A stretch of 5,411 nucleotides of DNA, from positions 1 through 5,411 of the forward strand of contig JAQVTI010000027.1 in NCBI GenBank assembly GCA_028700115.1, in the 5' to 3' direction. This DNA comes from Candidatus Iainarchaeum sp. Lineage in GTDB: Archaea > Iainarchaeota > Iainarchaeia > Iainarchaeales > CSSED10-239. The translations under genes were made by a program, and so were the position numbers. The notes under the pieces were generated by a model that was given only the letters and a program-made list of their open reading frames with translations, was not told the origin of the DNA and searched no databases. Shown here in pieces: positions 1 through 5,411 of the stretch; within the stretch, counting starts at the first letter, position 1, and each line of letters opens with the position of its first letter.

Positions 1-1539
1 GCAGATAACTTAAATAAAGAAATAAAGGTTAATGGTTGGATAAATACCTTAAGGTTATTAGGAAAAATAGGATTTATTGAATTAAGAGATATTTCTGGTA
101 AAATTCAACTAGTTATAATTAATAAAGAATTAATTACAAAAATTAAAGACCTAACTCCTGAATCTTGTATATCTGCAAAGGGAACATTACAAAAAAAGCA
201 AGATGATGCAAATAAATTTGAATTGCTTGTAAACGATATCACCATTCATTCTATTGCAAAAGAAATGCCTTTTTCAAACACAAATATAAATAATATTAAT
301 CCATCTGAAGAAATAACACAAAAATATAGAGAAATATATCTTAGAACAGAAAAAGTACAAAATATATTTTTAGTTAGATCAAATATTACTAAAATAATTA
401 AAAATTATTTTTATAATTTGGGATTCTTAGATATTGAAACACCAATACTTGGTAAAAGTACACCAGAAGGTGCAAGAGATTATCTTGTTCCATCAAGAGT
501 AAATCCCGGCAAATTTTATGCACTACCACAAAGTCCGCAAATATATAAACAAATATTAATGGCATCAGGAATACATCGATATTTTCAGATTGCTAAATGC
601 TTTAGAGATGAAGATTTAAGAGCAGAAAGACAACCAGAATTTACACAAATAGATTTAGAAATGTCTTTTGTTAATGAAGAAGATGTAATGAATGTAACAG
701 AAAATCTTTTAAAAAGTATTTGGAAAGAAATAAAAGGTAAAGAATTAAATTATTCTTTCCCAAGAATAGAATATTCTGAAGCAATGTTCAAATATGGCTC
801 AGACAAACCCGATTTGAGATATGGTTTAGAATTTAAAAGAACAAACGACATAGTTTATTTTGAGACAGAAAACATTTTAGAAGTAGCAAATTATTTAAAA
901 GAACAAAACAAAGTAAAATATAAAGAAAATGGTCAAAAATTAACTGTATATATAGATAGACCAAAATCAGAACACAAATATACCCCGTATATAATTTTAG
1001 GAAATGCACGAACAGATATTGCTAAGATATTAAAATTAAATACAGGAGAAGATAAATTTCTGTGGGTAATTAATTTTCCTATGTTTGAATATTCAGAAAC
1101 CGAAAATAGGTTTATGTCTATGCATCATCCTTTTACTCAACCAATAAATATAGAGGCACCACTTGAAGAAATGAAAAGTAGGGCTTATGACATTGTATTA
1201 AATGGTGTTGAACTTGGTGGAGGAAGTATTAGGATTCACGATTATGAAATGCAACAAAAGATTTTCAAACTACTTAAATTAAGCGATAAAGAAATTGATT
1301 GTAATTTTGGTTTTTTTTTAGATATGTTTAAAAGAGGACTTCCACCACACGGTGGGCTTGCAATTGGTCTTGATAGATTGGTAATGTTAATAGTAAATAC
1401 AGAGTCTATTAGAGAAGTAATTGCTTTCCCAAAGACCAAAAATGCTGAAGGCTTATTAGAAAATTCACCATCAATTATTTCTGATAAAAATTTGTCGGAA
1501 TTAGGGTTGTCTTTAAAAAAGGATACAGAATTATATTAA
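1..1539 (+). CDS. aspS: Aspartyl-tRNA synthetase, bacterial type (class II), 5'-truncated by the window edge; short insertion domain
   Basis: Frame 1 is open from base 1 (ADNLNKEIKVNGWINTLRLLGKIGFIELRDISGKIQLVI..., anticodon-binding OB fold) and continues into the listed ORF, so the TTG at 223 is not the real start. Catalytic-core signatures are present: STPEGARDYLVPSR, ALPQSPQIYKQ, motif 2 CFRDEDLRAERQPEFTQIDLEMSF, YGSDKPDLRYGLE, FLWVINFPMFE, MHHPFTQP, GGGSIRIHD, motif 3 GLAIGLDRLVML. TAA stop at 1537-1539. By comparison with remembered E. coli AspRS, only about 10 N-terminal residues are missing. Confidence 0.96.
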   Translation, partial: ADNLNKEIKVNGWINTLRLLGKIGFIELRDISGKIQLVIINKELITKIKDLTPESCISAKGTLQKKQDDANKFELLVNDITIHSIAKEMPFSNTNINNINPSEEITQKYREIYLRTEKVQNIFLVRSNITKIIKNYFYNLGFLDIETPILGKSTPEGARDYLVPSRVNPGKFYALPQSPQIYKQILMASGIHRYFQIAKCFRDEDLRAERQPEFTQIDLEMSFVNEEDVMNVTENLLKSIWKEIKGKELNYSFPRIEYSEAMFKYGSDKPDLRYGLEFKRTNDIVYFETENILEVANYLKEQNKVKYKENGQKLTVYIDRPKSEHKYTPYIILGNARTDIAKILKLNTGEDKFLWVINFPMFEYSETENRFMSMHHPFTQPINIEAPLEEMKSRAYDIVLNGVELGGGSIRIHDYEMQQKIFKLLKLSDKEIDCNFGFFLDMFKRGLPPHGGLAIGLDRLVMLIVNTESIREVIAFPKTKNAEGLLENSPSIISDKNLSELGLSLKKDTELY

Positions 1540-1584
1540 TTAAATGATAATGCTAGTAATTAAAAAATGAAATGGTGATTTAAT

Positions 1585-2724
1585 TTGTTAGGTGATAAAG
1601 ATAATATTAAATATAAAAAAAGTATGTGGATTTATTTTGATTTAATTCCTTTATCTAATAAATTGAATATAGTTTCTTTAAATGAAGGAAATACCCCTAT
1701 TATAAGAGTTAAAGAGTTAGAAAAATATTTAAATAATTGTAAATTTTATGTTAAGAATGAGGGTTTAAATCCAACAGGCACATTTAAAGATAGAGAAGCA
1801 TCATATGTAATCTCAAAGGCAAAAGAACTTGGTTTAAAAAGAATTGTTTTTCATTCAACAGGAAATACAGGTCGAGCTTATATGTATTATGCAAATAAAG
1901 CTAAAATTGAAACATTTTTCTTTTTACCTTTAAGTTGTATTAATAAATGTGATAAATTTATATTAACTGAAAAAAATCACATTATAGCTATAGATGGTAA
2001 ATTCAGTCAAGTAAGTAAGATTGCTAAAGAATTTGCAAAAAAAAATAATATTGTTGCAGTTGCTTCTTTACAAGACAAATTAGAAGGGAAAGCAACAATA
2101 GCTTATGAACAAGTAAAGGAATTACCTTTTGCTACTATATTTGCTCAAACAATAGCAGGGGGATATGGTATTATTGGTTATGAATTAGGATTTAATAGAT
2201 TGAAATTAAAACATTTGTTGGCAAAAGATATAAAATTTCCTAAAATTTTTGCAATTCAATCTTCTAATGAAGATACAATTTCAAAAGCAATAAATAACGG
2301 GTTAAATTCTATTACAGAAGAGGATCTTTTAATTTCAGAAAAACCTTTCGAAAATACACTTCAAAGCACAAATCCATTAAAAACATATGAATTGGTTAAA
2401 GAATGTATTAATAAATCTAATGGGATTATTACTTCTGTTAATGCAAAGGAAGTTAAAGAATTTAAATATATTTTCGAAGACGCATTAACTAAAAATAACA
2501 TTATTTGTGATTATAATAACGAAAAAAGTCCTTATATTTGTTTTTCAGGATTAGTTAAATTAGCACGAGAAAAAAAAATATGTAAAACAGACATTATTTA
2601 TTTTATTTTAACAGGGGTTGGTCGAAAACATAATCAAACTCCAAAGCCAGAAGCAATACTTTTACCAACAGTTCTAGGGTATGATATAATTAATTGTTCA
2701 AATTATTTAAAAGATTATTTGTAA
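1585..2724 (+). CDS. PLP-dependent fold-type II enzyme, threonine synthase/cysteate synthase-like
   Basis: MWIYFDLIPLS...VSLNEGNTPIIRVKELE, NEGLNPTGTFKDRE (PLP Lys codon at 1786-1788), STGNTGRA phosphate-binding-type loop, second Gly-rich loop AGGYGIIGYE, C-terminal ILTGVGRK. TTG start with GGTG about 7 nt upstream (1574-1577); the in-frame ATG at 1624 is an alternative start. Confidence 0.85.
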   Translation: MLGDKDNIKYKKSMWIYFDLIPLSNKLNIVSLNEGNTPIIRVKELEKYLNNCKFYVKNEGLNPTGTFKDREASYVISKAKELGLKRIVFHSTGNTGRAYMYYANKAKIETFFFLPLSCINKCDKFILTEKNHIIAIDGKFSQVSKIAKEFAKKNNIVAVASLQDKLEGKATIAYEQVKELPFATIFAQTIAGGYGIIGYELGFNRLKLKHLLAKDIKFPKIFAIQSSNEDTISKAINNGLNSITEEDLLISEKPFENTLQSTNPLKTYELVKECINKSNGIITSVNAKEVKEFKYIFEDALTKNNIICDYNNEKSPYICFSGLVKLAREKKICKTDIIYFILTGVGRKHNQTPKPEAILLPTVLGYDIINCSNYLKDYL

Positions 2725-2736
2725 TTTTGAGATTTT

Positions 2737-3171
2737 ATGAAAATAATAATTGGTTCAGATAGAAGTGGTTTAGATTTAAAACATTTTATAATTAATTGTT
2801 TATTAATAAAAAATATTGTTGTTGAGGACATAAATTTTTTAGAATCTGATGATTATCCAGATGTTGCTAAGAGGGTTTGTGATTTAGTTTTAAAAGATTC
2901 TAATTGTAAAGGGATTTTAATTTGTGGAACAGGAATGGGTATGTGTATTGCCGCAAATAAAATAAAAAAAATAAGGGCTACATTATGTTCAAATGTTTAC
3001 TGTGCAGAAAAATCAAGAACCAGTAATAATGCAAATATTTTAACATTAGGTGCTTTAACAATTGGAAAGGAAGTTGCAAAAAGTATTGTGGAAGTGTGGA
3101 TTAAAAATTATGACGTGAATCCAAGATCAAAAATAAAATTAGATAAAATTAATGAATTAGAAAATTTATGA
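2737..3171 (+). CDS. RpiB/LacAB-family sugar-phosphate isomerase, divergent active site
   Basis: MKIIIGSDRSGLDLKHF, DDYPDVAKRV, GILICGTGMGMCIAANKIKKIRATLCSNVYCAEKSRTSNNANILTLGALTIG are clearly colinear with RpiB. Cys63 of the CGTG motif is kept. ATG start, TGA stop. Confidence 0.9.
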   Translation: MKIIIGSDRSGLDLKHFIINCLLIKNIVVEDINFLESDDYPDVAKRVCDLVLKDSNCKGILICGTGMGMCIAANKIKKIRATLCSNVYCAEKSRTSNNANILTLGALTIGKEVAKSIVEVWIKNYDVNPRSKIKLDKINELENL

Positions 3172-3908
3172 AAAAAGTAATTGTAATTACGGGTGCAGCA
3201 AATGGAATTGGTAGGCAAATTGCCGTAGATTTAGATTCTAAACAAAATATTTTATGTTTGTGTGATAATGATAAAAGTATAATTGATTTAAAAAAAAAAA
3301 TAAATCACTCTGAATGTTTTGTATCTGTTGGAGATGTGTGTGATGAGATATTTGTACGTAGTTTTATTCAGAAAATAATTAAAAGATATCGTAAAATAGA
3401 TGTGTTGATCAATAATGCAGGCATTGTGCCTTATGCAGAAGTTAATTTAACTAATACTGATTTGTTTTTTAGTGTTTTAAAAATAAATTTAGGTGGTTAT
3501 TTCTTATTTTCTAAAGAAATATCCAATTTTATGAAAAAACAACATTTTGGTAATATTATTAATATAAGTTCTATTAGTTCAATACAAGGCATTTTTGGTC
3601 AATCAGCATATGCTTCAAGTAAAGGCGGAATTAATGCATTAACACGTGTATTAGCTAAAGAATTGGGACCTTATAATATAAGAGTAAATGCAATTGCTCC
3701 GGGTAGTATAATAGTTAATAGAAATAAAATAAAAATGTTATCAAAATGGAATAATAAAGAATTAATAAATAAGTCAATTCCTTTGGGGCGACTAGGTAAG
3801 CCAAAAGATATATCAGGGGTTGTTAAATTTTTGATATCTAAGTCATCTGGATATATCCATGGAACTGTGATTGTTGTTGATGGTGGAAAAACAATTGTTG
3901 GAAATTAA
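3168..3908 (+). CDS. Short-chain dehydrogenase/reductase (classical SDR, FabG/glucose-dehydrogenase-like), probably NAD(H)-preferring
   Basis: TGAANGIG cofactor loop, Asp at the end of beta-2 (LCLCDND), NNAG, INLGG, catalytic SSISS...YASSK, RVNAIAPG, PLGRLGKPKDI, VDGGK. Overlaps the upstream stop by 4 nt (ATGA). Confidence 0.94.
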   Translation: MKKVIVITGAANGIGRQIAVDLDSKQNILCLCDNDKSIIDLKKKINHSECFVSVGDVCDEIFVRSFIQKIIKRYRKIDVLINNAGIVPYAEVNLTNTDLFFSVLKINLGGYFLFSKEISNFMKKQHFGNIINISSISSIQGIFGQSAYASSKGGINALTRVLAKELGPYNIRVNAIAPGSIIVNRNKIKMLSKWNNKELINKSIPLGRLGKPKDISGVVKFLISKSSGYIHGTVIVVDGGKTIVGN

Positions 3909-5121
3909 ATGTGGTTTGTTAGACTCAAAGAAATATACGATAGAAATTATTAGGAATATTAAGAATATTTTCAGAAGTAATTTTGATGTAACTAAATATA
4001 GTCTTTATTCTTGGGGCAGTGTGGCTCGTAGGGAAATGGGACCCTATTCTGATTTAGACTTAGTAATAATTGGTAGTAATCCAAAAATAAAAGAGGTACA
4101 AAGATTTATTAATTTAGTAAAAGAAAAATATCCCAATAACAATTTAGATTTATTAAATGCACACAGTGTTTTTAAATTTCATAAAATTGCAAAAATCGAT
4201 GGAACTGATAATCAAGCAAAGATATTTATAAAAAAAGAAATTGGCGTACAGAATTTTGTTAAGTCACATTTTTGTGATTTAGAAGAATTGTGGCATATTT
4301 ATTTAAATTTAGAATATGTATATCCTGTTTTATTTAAAAAAACTAATTTGAAATTTAGTCCTTATTTTATAAAATATTTTAATTTTGCAGTTTTAATTTC
4401 AAATTATCTTGGTTGCGATAAACAAGATTTACATAGCGTTTTAAAATTTTTAATAAAAAAAAAGCACATTAAAAAAAAGCATTTTAATCTTTTTTTAAAT
4501 ACGTATTCTGAATTATTGGGTCTAAGAAATAAATACCAAGAAATAAATTTATCCGGAAATTGTGAAATTAATTATAATTTAATTTCAAAAAAATTAAAAC
4601 AGAATAAAAAGACAATCAATAAAAAGTTAACTGACATTTCAAAAACGGCGGAAAAATTATATCTTCTTTTAAAAAATATTCTGTTTTTAGAAATAAAAAA
4701 AGAATTGTCTGATGAAGAATTATATTTTTTAAATTATATTCTTAATCACAGAAATAGTAATGATTCTGTAATTAGAAAAATAATATTTAATAATAATTAT
4801 TATCTCGTTTTATTGTTAACTTACGTCACGTTTAATCCTCTTGTTTTAGAAAATTTAAGAGGGCAAAATTTAAAAAATTGGTATATTTTATATGGAATTG
4901 CAAATAATCCATTTAGTAGTAAAATTACGTTATATAGATTAATGGTTCCAAAAATTAAAGAAAGAAAAATTGTTGGTAATTTTTATGTAAATTATGCTTG
5001 GAGGAACATTTATTTATATGTTGCAAAAAATAAAAATGCAGATTTAAAAATTAAACAACACATATTAAATTATAAAAATGCTCGCGAAATGGATATTATT
5101 GCTGCAAATAAAATAAAATAA
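3895..5121 (+). CDS. Nucleotidyltransferase-fold protein (GlnD/DUF294-like NTase domain) with an uncharacterised C-terminal region
   Basis: YSWGSVARREMGPYSDLDLVIIG matches the NTase pattern G[GS]x(2-3)R.E..P.SDxDL (GS at 4015-4020, SDLD at 4048-4059). A third candidate Asp lies in NLDLLNAHSV (4147-4149), resembling the GHSV region of GlnD. Start is uncertain: the ORF track gives 3871; 3880 (ATG), 3895 (TTG) and 3916 (TTG) are alternatives. 3895 was chosen because GGTGG (3882-3886) lies about 8 nt upstream. Confidence 0.78.
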   Translation: MLEIKCGLLDSKKYTIEIIRNIKNIFRSNFDVTKYSLYSWGSVARREMGPYSDLDLVIIGSNPKIKEVQRFINLVKEKYPNNNLDLLNAHSVFKFHKIAKIDGTDNQAKIFIKKEIGVQNFVKSHFCDLEELWHIYLNLEYVYPVLFKKTNLKFSPYFIKYFNFAVLISNYLGCDKQDLHSVLKFLIKKKHIKKKHFNLFLNTYSELLGLRNKYQEINLSGNCEINYNLISKKLKQNKKTINKKLTDISKTAEKLYLLLKNILFLEIKKELSDEELYFLNYILNHRNSNDSVIRKIIFNNNYYLVLLLTYVTFNPLVLENLRGQNLKNWYILYGIANNPFSSKITLYRLMVPKIKERKIVGNFYVNYAWRNIYLYVAKNKNADLKIKQHILNYKNAREMDIIAANKIK

Positions 5122-5183
5122 TTAGAAATTCTATAATATTTATAAAATAGGGTTTATAATTATATTTAAATATTAGTAATTGT

Positions 5184-5210
5184 GCGCTTTTAACTTTTGG
5201 GTAAGAGCGC
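5184..5210. terminator. Possible stem-loop in the convergent intergenic region
   Basis: GCGCTTTTA (5184-5192), 9-nt loop, TAAGAGCGC (5202-5210): a 9-bp stem with one G-U pair and GC-rich base in an otherwise AT-rich gap. No immediate long U tract on either strand (only TTTT at 5220-5223), so terminator function is uncertain. Confidence 0.45.
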
Positions 5211-5221
5211 GTCTGGAGCTT

Positions 5222-5410
5222 TTAATTTCTGTTTTCTTTTTTATAAAGTATATAAGAATATACAAAAGTAGTAATTAATATTGTAAATAATGCCACAAGG
5301 AAAAACACAAAAAAATAATTAATAAAAAAGATTCCAAAGAAAACTACAAATCCAAGTATAATAAACAATTGTCCGCCAAGCTTATGTGTTTTCTCCCAAA
5401 CCTTTTGATT
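5222..5410 (-). CDS. SdpI-family membrane protein, C-terminal fragment (5' end beyond the window)
   Basis: The reverse complement reads NQKVWEKTHKLGGQLFIILGFVVFFGIFFINYFFVFFLVALFTILITTFVYSYILYKKENRN*. The VWxKTHKxGGxLFIxxG motif followed by two hydrophobic helices is typical of the SdpI C-terminal domain. Not in the supplied ORF track because it has no start inside the window. Confidence 0.8.
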   Translation of the reverse strand, partial: NQKVWEKTHKLGGQLFIILGFVVFFGIFFINYFFVFFLVALFTILITTFVYSYILYKKENRN

Positions 5411-5411
5411 T

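Noticed and set aside
223-225. TTG at 223 as start of the AspRS gene
   Set aside because: Frame 1 is open back to base 1 and encodes the conserved OB-fold (GWINTLRLLGKIGFIELRD), so the real start is upstream of the window.
1242-1439. Minus-strand 65-aa ORF
   Set aside because: Entirely antisense to the highly conserved motif 3 region of aspS and has no recognisable protein signature; best explained as a shadow ORF.
1540-1584. Promoter between aspS and the PLP enzyme gene
   Set aside because: Several TATAAT-like strings exist (e.g. around TATATTAAT) but such strings are expected in very AT-rich DNA and no convincing -35/-10 pair can be supported.
3168-3908. SDR gene as evidence by itself of a novel activity
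   Set aside because: All classical SDR motifs are standard; substrate cannot be inferred from sequence, so it matters only through its context.
5182-5224. Possible tRNA gene (GTAAGAGCGC resembles a D-arm)
   Set aside because: No matching acceptor stem, anticodon arm or T-arm (GTTCRA) could be assembled around it; at most a remnant.
1-5411. CRISPR array, transposon ends or long direct repeats
   Set aside because: No regularly spaced repeats, no transposase coding and no convincing terminal inverted repeats were seen; short A/T runs reflect base composition.

Overview
AT-rich window with five co-directional, tightly packed plus-strand genes, plus the 3' end of a convergent minus-strand gene at the right edge. 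In order: (1) a 5'-truncated bacterial-type aspartyl-tRNA synthetase, open from base 1 and not only from 223, with all catalytic motifs but an unusually short segment where the GAD insertion domain normally sits; (2) a fold-type II PLP enzyme of the threonine synthase/cysteate synthase kind; (3) a divergent RpiB/LacAB-type sugar-phosphate isomerase that keeps the catalytic Cys but has lost three normally conserved His; (4) a canonical NAD-type short-chain dehydrogenase; (5) a GlnD/DUF294-like nucleotidyltransferase domain fused to an unrecognised, probably helical C-terminal region. On the minus strand, 5222..5410 encodes the C-terminus of an SdpI-family membrane protein that the ORF track missed. 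Genes 2-5 look like a translationally coupled cassette and could be an undescribed small-molecule pathway, with the AspRS either a housekeeping neighbour or a dedicated or self-resistance copy. That pathway assignment is inference. No rRNA, complete tRNA, CRISPR array or transposase was seen.
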